From IMG/VR virus record IMGVR_UViG_3300035698_019443, positions 1 through 64,000 of that record: a stretch of DNA of 64,000 nt. One strand, 5' to 3'. Positions within the stretch are counted from its first letter, which is position 1, and every line of letters begins with the position of its first letter. The notes below the pieces were generated by a model. The model worked only from the letters and a program-made list of their open reading frames with translations, was not told the DNA's origin and made no database searches. Of this stretch, positions 19,765-28,925 are shown in pieces. The translations under genes and the position numbers were made by a program. This DNA comes from a virus.

Positions 19765-20546
19765 AGAAAGAAGACCTGATACTCCCCGCAGCTGTCGGGG
19801 CGGGCGTGCTCGGACTCGGACTGCTTGTGTCGCGCATCGGTCGAGGGGGCTCGAAGGAGCCGTCGCCGTCGACGCCACCGTCGCCGTCGCCGTCGGCATC
19901 ACCACCCCCGATGGTCCCCCCGGTGACGACCGGCGCAGGGGCGATCGTCCTCAATGGGCGGCGGGTCGCCGTGCCGGTCCCCGTCAATCACTCGCTGCAG
20001 TTTCGCGTCGGAGAGCCCGGTGTGTCCGCGAGGACGAGGCGGGTGAGCCTTGGGGTCATCCACTGGTCTGGCGGCGAGCCAAGCGACGGCAGCGGCGTCT
20101 ACCGCACCCTCCGCGAGCGAGGGCTCGCTGTCCATTTCATCATCGACCGCCAGGGGACTCTTTGGCAGTGTGCGGACCCCGGTACGACGGTGGGCTCGGA
20201 CGCCTCGAGCGTCTACAACCGGCGGTCCTGGGGGGTCGAGGTCGTCGGCTCTGTTCGAGGCCGTGGCAGGACGACCTATCCGATGATTCTACGGGGCGAA
20301 GAGGTGACGGCTTTCGACTTCTTCCCGGTGCAGTACACGGCGCTTTTCGCCTTGGCCGACGCGTGCTCAGGCGCCTTTGATATCCCGCGTGTTGTGGCTG
20401 GTCCGCCGTGGCAGCGACTCCCCCTCGACGTGCGGAACAACTTCGAGGGCGTCGTTGGGCACCTACACATCTCGCCGCAGAAGCCTGACCCCGGCTCGAG
20501 GCCCCTCGAGCGACTCGCCGCACGCCCCGGCTGGCGTCAACGCTAG
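19761..20546 (+). CDS. N-acetylmuramoyl-L-alanine amidase-like protein with TM anchor and Pro/Ser linker
   Basis: VIHWS, VHFIIDRQG, SWGVEV, GHLHI...KPDPG. Confidence 0.8.
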   Translation: MKKEDLILPAAVGAGVLGLGLLVSRIGRGGSKEPSPSTPPSPSPSASPPPMVPPVTTGAGAIVLNGRRVAVPVPVNHSLQFRVGEPGVSARTRRVSLGVIHWSGGEPSDGSGVYRTLRERGLAVHFIIDRQGTLWQCADPGTTVGSDASSVYNRRSWGVEVVGSVRGRGRTTYPMILRGEEVTAFDFFPVQYTALFALADACSGAFDIPRVVAGPPWQRLPLDVRNNFEGVVGHLHISPQKPDPGSRPLERLAARPGWRQR

Positions 20547-20863
20547 CGGAGTTTGGTGGCTGCGATCTTGGCGATCTCTCGCGCCATTGGCCTCGGCCCC
20601 ACTTTGCGAAAAGTCTTGCTGACGAGCCCAGTATCTCCTGGGAGCGTCCACTCGAGAATGATAACTACGCCGAAGCCACGCTGGGGTCGAGTGACCATGA
20701 TCACATATTCGTTCTTTCGCCCTGGAACTTTCACGCTGACGAAAGGAGGGTTGATCCAATCGGCGGTGACCTCGGAGGATATGCCCACAGCGCTAAGCTC
20801 TTGTGCGATGACCTCTGCGGTGGCTTCGTACTCGTGGTAGTACTCTTCTTCGATCTTACGCAT
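20543..20863 (-). CDS. Hypothetical protein
   Basis: Tightly packed ORF. Confidence 0.55.
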   Translation of the reverse strand: MRKIEEEYYHEYEATAEVIAQELSAVGISSEVTADWINPPFVSVKVPGRKNEYVIMVTRPQRGFGVVIILEWTLPGDTGLVSKTFRKVGPRPMAREIAKIAATKLR

Positions 20864-20865
20864 GT

Positions 20866-21270
20866 CTAGTACTCCTCGACTATCCAGTAGAGCGTCGACC
20901 AGGCGTCGCGGGTCTGCTTGTCGCCCCGGCCTCGCAGGAACGCCCCGAACCTCGACGCCCCCTTGTCCTTGCGGCGCTTGTTTCGTTCGTAGAACCGCTC
21001 GACCGCGGCGAAGAGCTTGGTGTCGTCCGTCGCGTCGCCGAACGATGGTGCTCGTGTAGAGAAGTCATCCCAAGCCATCTCATCCGCGAGGTCGCCGTCG
21101 ACCTCGCCTCCAGCTAGTTTGGCGAACACAAGCGCGTTCGGTTGACGTGCGGTGCGGACTACCCCAGAGAGCAGAAGCCAACGCGGGCCGGTTCGCAGGT
21201 TTGCTCCGATCGTCTCGTAATCGAATTGGTCGGCGAGGTGTTGAAGGATTGGGCTGCTATCGTAGTCCAT
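20866..21270 (-). CDS. Hypothetical protein
   Basis: TACAAT 6 nt before ATG; packed ORF. Confidence 0.6.
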   Translation of the reverse strand: MDYDSSPILQHLADQFDYETIGANLRTGPRWLLLSGVVRTARQPNALVFAKLAGGEVDGDLADEMAWDDFSTRAPSFGDATDDTKLFAAVERFYERNKRRKDKGASRFGAFLRGRGDKQTRDAWSTLYWIVEEY

Positions 21271-21282
21271 GCCCCGATTGTA

Positions 21283-22164
21283 TCAGACTTCGATGTCGGG
21301 ATGCACCCAGGCGAGCGCCTCGCGGAAGCCTAGCTTGTCCATGCCCCAGCGGTAGACCCGAGGGTGGGTTTCTTTGAGCAGTAGGTAGCGGTTGGGCTCG
21401 CCGTCGTAGAGCAGCCCGAAGCCGCAAAGGGTGCAGCCTGTGCGGGTGTAGCCCATGTCGTATTCGGGGGCGTAGGGGAGGCCTTTGCCCTTGATGTACA
21501 TCCAGACGTCCTTATCCGTCCAGTAGGCAAGAGGCCACGAGCGGGGGCGCTTCGCGTCGAGGGCATTGCACCCAGCTGCGCGCCACTGCTGCATCCGCAT
21601 ATTGCTCTCGGACACCATCGTCCCCGAGATACCACTGCGCTTCGACGCGCGCTCGTACTTCTTCAGTGGACTCTTCTTCATAACGTCGCAGCAGTCCGCG
21701 CTGATCTTGTGCGGACAGTGGATCAGGTGCTGCCACTTCTTCGAGATCATGCCCGTCTTGCCGTTGGGCCAGCCGTTGAGCCGGCGGTAGCGCTGAACCG
21801 GGTCCTTCGTCCGCCGGTAGCGGCTCAGCGCCGTCGCCTGGTCTTTGCTGATCAGTGGGTAGCCGTACTGCTCGATGACTCGGCGGAAGCTCATCCTCGG
21901 GCGGAGCACGACGTCCGCCAGTTCGCGACCGAGGCTCCGCACGCCGGGGAACTCGGTCCCGGTGTCGGCGAAGACGAGGGGCACGTCGGGGTAGAGCTCG
22001 CGTACGATAGAGGCGAGCGCCGTTGAGTCCTTGCCCCCTGACACCGAGCAGTAGACCATCCCGTTCATCGCGTCGTAGAAGTCCTCGACGCGAGCCTTCG
22101 CTACTGCAACTTTCTGGGGGAAGGGGAGAGCCATTGAACGCACGAGCTCTGCTTGTGTGGGCAT
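21283..22164 (-). CDS. PAPS-reductase-family (PP-loop) protein
   Basis: SVSGGKDS, ADTGTEF, CCDVMKKSP, RTGCTLC. Confidence 0.9.
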   Translation of the reverse strand: MPTQAELVRSMALPFPQKVAVAKARVEDFYDAMNGMVYCSVSGGKDSTALASIVRELYPDVPLVFADTGTEFPGVRSLGRELADVVLRPRMSFRRVIEQYGYPLISKDQATALSRYRRTKDPVQRYRRLNGWPNGKTGMISKKWQHLIHCPHKISADCCDVMKKSPLKKYERASKRSGISGTMVSESNMRMQQWRAAGCNALDAKRPRSWPLAYWTDKDVWMYIKGKGLPYAPEYDMGYTRTGCTLCGFGLLYDGEPNRYLLLKETHPRVYRWGMDKLGFREALAWVHPDIEV

Positions 22165-22862
22165 TAGAACCTACAGATCCGACAGGCTCGGGCGTCCTCT
22201 TTGAACTTCCGTACCTTGCGTCCGCTGTCGAACTCGACGGCGAGGGAGCGAAGGTCGGCGGGCCAAGTGTCGCGCTGCGGCGAGCGGAAGGTGTAGCCCG
22301 TCGCGTCCTCCCAGGCGACCCCCTCGGCGTAGTACTCAGGCCACTCCTCGTAGAGCGACTTCCATTCGCCGAGCCGCTGGAAGGGGCAGACCGCACAGTC
22401 GGTGCGCTTCGGGACGCAGACGTCAATGCGCTCGAGGTAATGCCAGACGTCATCGACGCCCCACCCCCACTCGCGCAGCGGGTGTCGGTACTCGGCGAAG
22501 TCCCCATAGAGCCCCTTGCGGTCCTCTTCGTCGGCTCGTAGCCCGACGAGGAGCGTCGTCTCTGGGTGCGCTTTGAGCCACCTGGCGCAGGGCTCGACCT
22601 TGATCTCGCGGGTACACCAGCGCTGGAACACGTTGGGCAGAGCGCTGTAGTGCTCGATGCGCTCGGCGAGCGTAGGGGCGTCGAGCTGAACGAGCTCGAT
22701 GTCGAGGTCTTCGACGACGCGGGCGATGTGCTGTTGGACCGGCGGCAGCTCGTTGCCCGTCGCCGTGAAGATCATGGTGAACTCGAGGCCTTGCTCTCGG
22801 AGGGCGTAGGCGAGTGCCGTCGAGTCCTTTCCGCCACTGAAGGCCAGTACGTTTTGAGTCAT
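22164..22862 (-). CDS. Second PAPS-reductase-family protein
   Basis: AFSGGKDS, TGNE, RWCTREIK, GLRADE, CAVCP; AAGGAG RBS. Confidence 0.88.
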   Translation of the reverse strand: MTQNVLAFSGGKDSTALAYALREQGLEFTMIFTATGNELPPVQQHIARVVEDLDIELVQLDAPTLAERIEHYSALPNVFQRWCTREIKVEPCARWLKAHPETTLLVGLRADEEDRKGLYGDFAEYRHPLREWGWGVDDVWHYLERIDVCVPKRTDCAVCPFQRLGEWKSLYEEWPEYYAEGVAWEDATGYTFRSPQRDTWPADLRSLAVEFDSGRKVRKFKEDARACRICRF

Positions 22863-22925
22863 ATGTGTTGTCTCCTTCGCCGAGGGTAGCACAGGGGCGA
22901 CTTCCCGTGATACCCTCGATTCAAC

Positions 22926-23753
22926 ATGACACAACTCCCCCCGGCATCGACGATTGCCCTAAATAGACGAGGTGGACGCCTCGTGATGGGGCGCTTTGAC
23001 GCGGTAAAGCACGTCAACCCCGTACATCTGCACATTGAGCTCGCCGCCGAGAGGCCTGCGACGAAGCGCCGCGGCGTCAGGGTGCTACGCCTCAAGCTCG
23101 GGGATGCACCTTGGGCCTGGCGCTCGCGGCCCGCCGAGGTTGCACAGCTTGCGAAGATCGCCAAACAGGCAGCAGCCGTGATACAGAAGGGCGGTACTGT
23201 CCTCGTGACCTGCAACATGGGGCTCAACCGCTCGGGGCTCATGGCAGGATTCATTTTGCGGCAGGCGGGGCTCACCCCCCGTCGCGCCGTCGAGCTCATC
23301 AGGACGAAGCGTCCAGGGGCACTTTTCAATCAGTCATTCGCAGACGCCGTGATGGCGGCAGGAGTACAGGCCAGTGAGGAAAGCAGAGCTCATCAGGAGA
23401 GTCGCGCGCGAGGCGGGGTTCACGGAGGAGGACGTGAGGACAGTCTTCAATATCTTGCCGATAGTGATCGCGCGCGTGCTGACGGACCAACCCGAGGAGA
23501 CGATTCGAATCACGGGAGTGGTGACGCTGAAGTGGGCGCCCACTTCGGCGACGAAGGAATGCAAGAGGCCGAACCCGAGGACCCGCGAGCCAATGATAGT
23601 CCCGGCACGGCCAGCGGGCCGACGCCTGAAAGCGACCGCTTCGACTTCGCTGAAACAGATCCCGACGCCGACGGCGTAGTTGGGGATGGGGGCGTCGACG
23701 ACGACGAGCTCGAGAAGGCATGGGGCGGATGGAGTGGGTCGAGTCTCGAATAG
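22926..23753 (+). CDS. Dual-specificity/PTP-like phosphatase; C-terminal extension overlaps HU gene
   Basis: VLVTCNMGLNRSG (CX5R), AVELIRTKRPGA. Confidence 0.75.
   Translation: MTQLPPASTIALNRRGGRLVMGRFDAVKHVNPVHLHIELAAERPATKRRGVRVLRLKLGDAPWAWRSRPAEVAQLAKIAKQAAAVIQKGGTVLVTCNMGLNRSGLMAGFILRQAGLTPRRAVELIRTKRPGALFNQSFADAVMAAGVQASEESRAHQESRARGGVHGGGREDSLQYLADSDRARADGPTRGDDSNHGSGDAEVGAHFGDEGMQEAEPEDPRANDSPGTASGPTPESDRFDFAETDPDADGVVGDGGVDDDELEKAWGGWSGSSLE
23374..23679 (+). CDS. HU/IHF-like DNA-binding protein
   Basis: MRKAELIRRVA, IRITG, NPRTREPMIVPA; AGGAG upstream of GTG. Confidence 0.8.
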   Translation: MRKAELIRRVAREAGFTEEDVRTVFNILPIVIARVLTDQPEETIRITGVVTLKWAPTSATKECKRPNPRTREPMIVPARPAGRRLKATASTSLKQIPTPTA

Positions 23754-23767
23754 GGTACAATGAAAAC

Positions 23768-23798
23768 GAGCCCCGCAGGGGGGTGACCTGCGGGGCTC
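23768..23798. terminator. GC-rich hairpin (T tract follows on minus strand)
   Basis: GAGCCCCGCAGG...CCTGCGGGGCTC. Confidence 0.6.
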
Positions 23799-23867
23799 CA
23801 GCGGTGTGTGGGAAACAACAGGGACAGTGTAAACGCGCCCGCGTGTAAAAGTCAAGGAGAGAAAGCA

Positions 23868-24503
23868 GTGAGTCGGATTACTATCGCTCGGCAAACTTCG
23901 CTGCGTGGGCAGCCTCTCCGCACACGCTTGACCGCGCTCGTACAGGCGATGGCGGCTCACCCTCCCTACTCCACAGTTCGAATGACGCAGAGCTGGGCTG
24001 GCCCGCGGCTCAACCTCGCTGCCGCGCCCCACATGGCGGGGACCATAACCGTCGCCGAGAGCTCTGGCGGCTCGACCGTCACCGTCAACCTCGACTTGCA
24101 GAGCTCTATCGCCGAGATGTACGCCGCCCAGGTCCGCGAAGACCTCGCGGGCGTTGCCGAGCAGCTCCCCGCCGCCAACGGGGCGTCACCGACTGCCGAT
24201 GCAGCGTCACAACCGGCAGCGACGGACCCCGCGCCAACGGCAACGAACCCGTTCGCGGCGATAGTCACGGCGGTGGGCGGCATAGTCTCGACGATCACCA
24301 ACGCAGTCACCGGAGGCTCCACCCCCCCTACCGACCCGAGTCCTGCCCCAACGGGGCAAGGGACCGGGAAGACCTACGGGGCGCCCGACCCCAACTACCA
24401 AAAGACCGCTTACGAGGGGGCGCCCATCCCTTGGGGTTGGGTCGCGGGAGGCGTGGTCGCCGTTAGCGGTGTGCTCTATTGGGCTGCGCAGAGGACGACA
24501 TGA
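23868..24503 (+). CDS. Putative virion membrane protein, C-terminal TM
   Basis: Ala/Pro/Thr linker; WGWVAGGVVAVSGVLYWAAQR. Confidence 0.6.
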   Translation: MSRITIARQTSLRGQPLRTRLTALVQAMAAHPPYSTVRMTQSWAGPRLNLAAAPHMAGTITVAESSGGSTVTVNLDLQSSIAEMYAAQVREDLAGVAEQLPAANGASPTADAASQPAATDPAPTATNPFAAIVTAVGGIVSTITNAVTGGSTPPTDPSPAPTGQGTGKTYGAPDPNYQKTAYEGAPIPWGWVAGGVVAVSGVLYWAAQRTT

Positions 24504-25096
24504 GACGAAACCCTGCGGACTTCGGGTGGGACGAAGAGCTCGCCGACGTGAAGGCCGAGCTCGAGGGCGAGTCGGTCTGGCTCTACCACGCGACGACGCC
24601 AGCGATTGCCAAGCGCATCGTCGATAGCGGCGTGCTCCGTATCCCGCCCGGCGCCAACGATAGCTACGGCGTCTATGGCACGACGAGCGCGGACGAGGCC
24701 CGAGCAGACAATCGAGGGGGCGCTGTCGTACGCTTCCTCGTCCCCCTTCGAGACGTCGAGTTCGAGGACTACTTCCCCGGCCTCTCCCTCTGGGCGCAGA
24801 TCGAGACCCGTCGCGGGAGCTACCGCCCGACGAAGATCGACGGCGTGTGGGCGCAGAACCCCAACGTGCAGAAGGCACGGAAGATCGGAGAGCACCTCGG
24901 CGTCGACTGGGCGACCTCACCCTTCCCTCCGTCGCAGCTCGCCGCTGGCATCGAGGTCGAGCTCGAGCACGGAACGGTCGACCCCCGCACCGACGTGACC
25001 GGGGACGACGTCGGCATGACGGCGAAGATCGCCCTCGCCCACCTCTACGAACTCCCCGATTACTACGTTCGTTTGGCTGAGATGGAAGAGGACTAG
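24500..25096 (+). CDS. Two-module protein: ART-like N-domain + DUF5661-like C-domain
   Basis: LYHAT...GVYGT; GIEVELEH...KIALAHLYELPDYYVRLAEME. Confidence 0.6.
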   Translation: MRRNPADFGWDEELADVKAELEGESVWLYHATTPAIAKRIVDSGVLRIPPGANDSYGVYGTTSADEARADNRGGAVVRFLVPLRDVEFEDYFPGLSLWAQIETRRGSYRPTKIDGVWAQNPNVQKARKIGEHLGVDWATSPFPPSQLAAGIEVELEHGTVDPRTDVTGDDVGMTAKIALAHLYELPDYYVRLAEMEED

Positions 25097-25098
25097 CT

Positions 25099-25488
25099 AT
25101 GAATCGTGGCCGTATCAGCACAAACCCAGTCCCCTACGCCGACGAGGCTTTCGCGCTATTGGAGAGCCTGGGGGCGACGATAGACCGTCGGCCATTCTGG
25201 GAACGTAGCAAGCGGATAAAGACGGTTGAGTGGTCGTCTCCCCTACGCGTCCTCGCCGTCTTCTTCTGCGGGGGACCAGCCTACTATCTTCCGATCGAGG
25301 ATCTACCGAATGCCGCCTTTGGGGAAGATGACGTAGTGGGGGCAAAACTCCACGACGACCTGCCCTTTGGGTTCGATGTCCTCTTGAAAGACGGGGAGTC
25401 CTACAGTGTCTGTGGGGACCTCGTACTTTACCTGTACGAGCCCGAGTACCGCGCCAAGACCGACGCTTATCTCAAGTCTATGGACTAG
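25099..25488 (+). CDS. Hypothetical protein
   Basis: GAGGA RBS; packed ORF. Confidence 0.6.
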   Translation: MNRGRISTNPVPYADEAFALLESLGATIDRRPFWERSKRIKTVEWSSPLRVLAVFFCGGPAYYLPIEDLPNAAFGEDDVVGAKLHDDLPFGFDVLLKDGESYSVCGDLVLYLYEPEYRAKTDAYLKSMD

Positions 25489-26174
25489 GCCGAGGCGAAG
25501 TGCTCGGCGATGGCGATGAGGGGTGCAGGACCTGGATCGCACTTGGGGTGCTTCTGGCCGAGCCACGCACAGTGAAGATGTCCGCAGACCCCGCCGGCTG
25601 ACCGTTCGAAGAACCCACGAGCTCTACGTTCCCATGGCGAGCCCAGCACAGTCCGAGGGATGCCCGTCGCCAACGTGACGGCGTCGGCCAGCCCACAGGC
25701 GGCAACCGTCTGCACGGGGAAGTAGTCGTAGAGGTTGGGGCGCCACCCGCCGTGAAGCGGGGGCGACTTGTACTGCGGTCGACTCTCTGTCGTCACCGAC
25801 GCTCGCCGGCCCGGCTTGTTCCACCCGACGCAGGAGACCTCGACGCCGATCGAGATCTCGTTGACCCTCGAGGCGTGTCGGCAGCGGACGTCGTTGGGGT
25901 CGCAGTACTGATAGATCACGCCGAGATTGTCGATGAAAAACTCCACCGACAGCTTGCGCGCCGAGAGGCTGTCGTAGACTTTCTTCGCCCCCCGCGGCCC
26001 GGTGCGCTCACTTGCGGTCCAGTGATAGACGAGCCACTTTGGGGGAAGCCGTCGAGCGACGGCGCTGTTCTCCGTCGTGAAGTGCAGCCCTCGCATGACG
26101 TCGTCGTGCCAGGTGTGGACCTCGACGCCAGGGATCACGAACTTCTCGCCACCACAAATTATCGCTCCGTCCAC
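25485..26174 (-). CDS. N-acetylmuramoyl-L-alanine amidase (soluble endolysin candidate)
   Basis: VYHWT, CRHAS.VNEISIGVE, CGH...KCDPG; related to 19761-20546. Confidence 0.82.
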   Translation of the reverse strand: MDGAIICGGEKFVIPGVEVHTWHDDVMRGLHFTTENSAVARRLPPKWLVYHWTASERTGPRGAKKVYDSLSARKLSVEFFIDNLGVIYQYCDPNDVRCRHASRVNEISIGVEVSCVGWNKPGRRASVTTESRPQYKSPPLHGGWRPNLYDYFPVQTVAACGLADAVTLATGIPRTVLGSPWERRARGFFERSAGGVCGHLHCAWLGQKHPKCDPGPAPLIAIAEHFASA

Positions 26175-26245
26175 GAGGCATTCTCCTTATGTTACGATAG
26201 GTAGATGCTTCTACCACTCGCTCTATCATACGCGGTCGAGGACTG

Positions 26246-26761
26246 ATGACCACAGTAATGACGCCTACGAATTGGGGCTCCGTCGTTCAGATTCTCTGCG
26301 GGTACCCATGGCGGACCAAGGTGCGGATACTCAAAGGGAGCCTCCCGCACCCGCAGACTGTTGGAATGCAGTTGAGCTCTGGGATGCCAGAGGGGCAGAA
26401 GGCAGACTACAGGTACGCCCTCCAAAACGGCGTTGGGCTCCATGTAAAGGACTTTGGCCCCTACTACGAGGGCCACCTCGACGAGGTCCACCCCGATGTT
26501 GATGTCATCGAGCATCTGCGTCAAGACGCGCCGGGTGTATACGTCGGGGGGTCGGTAGTCGTTGGCGCTTTCGTAGGTGGGGTGCTCGGAGGGTCGTGGG
26601 AGTCCGCTCTCGTGGGTGCTACGATCACGGGGCTTTGCAGTGTAGCCCTCGTAGCCGCGGCGACGAAGGACGATCTGAGTCGACGTCGTCTTCTGTTACC
26701 CGCAGCGGTCGATAGGACCCTTTTTGGTGCGCCGGAGCTCGATGATCTTACGCGAGATTGA
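26246..26761 (+). CDS. Hypothetical membrane protein
   Basis: Gly-rich hydrophobic C-terminal segments. Confidence 0.6.
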   Translation: MTTVMTPTNWGSVVQILCGYPWRTKVRILKGSLPHPQTVGMQLSSGMPEGQKADYRYALQNGVGLHVKDFGPYYEGHLDEVHPDVDVIEHLRQDAPGVYVGGSVVVGAFVGGVLGGSWESALVGATITGLCSVALVAAATKDDLSRRRLLLPAAVDRTLFGAPELDDLTRD

Positions 26762-27424
26762 CTCAAACGGCGCGTGAGGCCACTCACGATCGTGTAGGTC
26801 TGCTTCCCATAGGTCCAAGTGAGCCTGCGCCACTAATACCACAAGAGCCATCGTGGGAATAGCAACAGCTCCTACAACAGCCCCAACGATCCACGAGACG
26901 GGACAGAGCGCAAGTAGGCCTGACATGAAGATGAGCCACAGGCGCCCCTCGGTCGGGCCGATGCCGTTATAGTACACGCAAAACTCGTCCTTTGCGCCAG
27001 AGAACAGGAAGGCGTGGAAGAAGCACCCGAGGGGAGCGAAGGGTAGTAGGATGGCCCACGCTCCGATGTGCGGCAACATACCCACTGTCCACACTGCCAT
27101 CGCACAGGACATGAACACAAAGTCGAGGATGTGGTCGAAGTAGAACCCCCACCGCACGAGCCCCGTATCCCGAAGCCGCCCCACGGCGCCGTCTAGCACA
27201 TCGGTCACATATTGAAGGACGATTAGGGGGATGAGTACGAGCACGGCGACGCGACTGTGGCTTGACGCCAACGCGACCAAGAAAGCGAGGACGCTCCATA
27301 TCGCGGTGAGCCCCGTCAGGTGTTGAGTTTCGCACCACAAAGGCACTTGCGGCACCGCCCACCGCTTGAACGCCTCTTCGACAGGACCCAACACCGGACG
27401 CCCTACTTTGCGTGCGTGCTCCAT
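26696..27424 (-). CDS. CDP-alcohol phosphatidyltransferase family
   Basis: DVLDGAVGRLRDTGLVRWGFYFDHILD signature; multiple TMs. Confidence 0.9.
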   Translation of the reverse strand: MEHARKVGRPVLGPVEEAFKRWAVPQVPLWCETQHLTGLTAIWSVLAFLVALASSHSRVAVLVLIPLIVLQYVTDVLDGAVGRLRDTGLVRWGFYFDHILDFVFMSCAMAVWTVGMLPHIGAWAILLPFAPLGCFFHAFLFSGAKDEFCVYYNGIGPTEGRLWLIFMSGLLALCPVSWIVGAVVGAVAIPTMALVVLVAQAHLDLWEADLHDREWPHAPFESISRKIIELRRTKKGPIDRCG

Positions 27425-27427
27425 GGC

Positions 27428-27637
27428 TTAGGTCCGGTCTGCCACGGCTTGCAACTGCCGCAGTGTCTCCGCGTCCTCAAGCACGCGTCGGGCGACCTTC
27501 GCGGCCTCGGGGGGCAACGCCGAGAGCAGGGGCTCGAGGTCGTCGCCCCGCGTGAAGGCGTCGATCAGGGCAACTGTGAGCTCGCTCGCGAGACGCGCTC
27601 CAAGCGTGATCAGTGATGTCGTTGTGTCAGTCGGCAT
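27428..27637 (-). CDS. Small hypothetical protein
   Basis: GAGGAG RBS; coupled to upstream lipoprotein. Confidence 0.5.
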   Translation of the reverse strand: MPTDTTTSLITLGARLASELTVALIDAFTRGDDLEPLLSALPPEAAKVARRVLEDAETLRQLQAVADRT

Positions 27638-28190
27638 TGTCGTCTCCTCTAGCTGCGAGCGATGCGATAACGTCGACGGACCAGCGACAGACCGGGCCGA
27701 GGACCGCCGCGACGAGATCGAGCTCCTCGGGGTAGTCCACCTCGAAGCGCTCAAGCCCAGCGAGCACCTGGGGCATCGCGAGGCCGAGCGTCGCGCATGC
27801 AGCGTGGAACGCCGCCGGCGGAGCCTCTCCCTGAGCCTCGGACCATTCGACGACTGCCGTACTGGCGTCAACGAGCGCCCCATCGACGGTGTAGGTGGCG
27901 TCAACGGCAATGCGGTAGGCGTCGATGTCCGCCTGCCATCGGACGAGCGCCTCTTCGGGCGTGCCTGCTGTCGTCGGGTTCGCCACGCGGGCGAGCTCGT
28001 ACTGCTCGACGACCCTCGCGCGTGTAGTCAGTAGAATGTCCTCGCGGATACCCTCGAGCGCCTGGTAGGCGGTATGGTTCACGGCGTGCGCTGCGGTCAG
28101 GCCCCGGTGGACCCCGACCCAAGGGGTGGCGCAGCCTGCGGAGACGACGACAACGAAGAGGAGCGGGGCCACTGCCTGTGCGTGCCTCAC
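27627..28190 (-). CDS. Helical lipoprotein (possible lysis accessory)
   Basis: LLFVVVVSAGC lipobox; GTGA-coupled to holin-like gene. Confidence 0.6.
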   Translation of the reverse strand: MRHAQAVAPLLFVVVVSAGCATPWVGVHRGLTAAHAVNHTAYQALEGIREDILLTTRARVVEQYELARVANPTTAGTPEEALVRWQADIDAYRIAVDATYTVDGALVDASTAVVEWSEAQGEAPPAAFHAACATLGLAMPQVLAGLERFEVDYPEELDLVAAVLGPVCRWSVDVIASLAARGDDNAD

Positions 28191-28420
28191 TCTGTGCCCC
28201 CTCGCCGCTCGATAGCGCCGGCGACGCTCGCACCTACCGCCTGCGTCGTGTGCCCGCCCACGAGGAGAGCGACGACCCATTCGGCAAAGTCAAAGATCTG
28301 CTGCGCCTCCACAGTGACCTTCCCTAGAATCGCGAGGGTCAGGATTGTCGCGAACAGAAGCAGGGTGATCGCCATCGCGACCCCAAACTTCCAGCTTTTC
28401 CACCAGGCTATGTTTGTCAT
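28187..28420 (-). CDS. Holin-like two-TM protein
   Basis: 77 aa, WWKSWKF then two hydrophobic helices; same strand as downstream amidase. Confidence 0.55.
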   Translation of the reverse strand: MTNIAWWKSWKFGVAMAITLLLFATILTLAILGKVTVEAQQIFDFAEWVVALLVGGHTTQAVGASVAGAIERRGGTE

Positions 28421-28612
28421 AGGCCCATCGTACCACGCGCCTCTCCAGGTCGCCCCCACAAAGGTTCGACCACTACTGCGTAAAACGGGTGCCAGCTGCG
28501 TAAAAACTCTACCCCCTGTAATCACAGGACTTTTCGGGATGCCGCGACGAACGCTGTGTAGCTGGGCGCTCACTTGGACCTGCGAAACGCCCGTAAACAT
28601 AGGCGAAAAAGA

Positions 28613-28628
28613 TGGCACGCCCCTCGCA
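28613..28628 (+). promoter_or_regulatory. Putative sigma-54 (-24/-12) promoter
   Basis: TGGCACGCCCCTCGCA = GG-N10-GC; CTGCGTAAAA direct repeat at 28476 and 28496 upstream. Confidence 0.55.
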
Positions 28629-28641
28629 ATAGAGGCTGGGC

Positions 28642-28872
28642 ATGACCACAACGACGGCAACCAACACGGACACCGAAACTAATCTAGACCGCGTAGGGCA
28701 GACAGGAGGCCTGCTTCGGGTTCGTGCCGTGACCGAGCGGCTCGATGTCAGTCGCGCGACGATCTATCGGTTGATCGCGTCGGGCGAGCTGGCTGCAGTG
28801 CGAATTGGGCGGGCTGTTCGAGTTCCTGCTGACGCTGTAGAGGAATACATCGCAAAGAATCTGACTATCTGA
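28642..28872 (+). CDS. Excisionase-like HTH protein
   Basis: LLRVRAVTERLDVSRATIYRLIASGELAAVRIGRAVRV. Confidence 0.9.
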   Translation: MTTTTATNTDTETNLDRVGQTGGLLRVRAVTERLDVSRATIYRLIASGELAAVRIGRAVRVPADAVEEYIAKNLTI

Positions 28873-28925
28873 GAACAAGTGTCAGACCTCGCGAAGATCG
28901 AACGTCGAGAGAGCAGGAGGCAACG

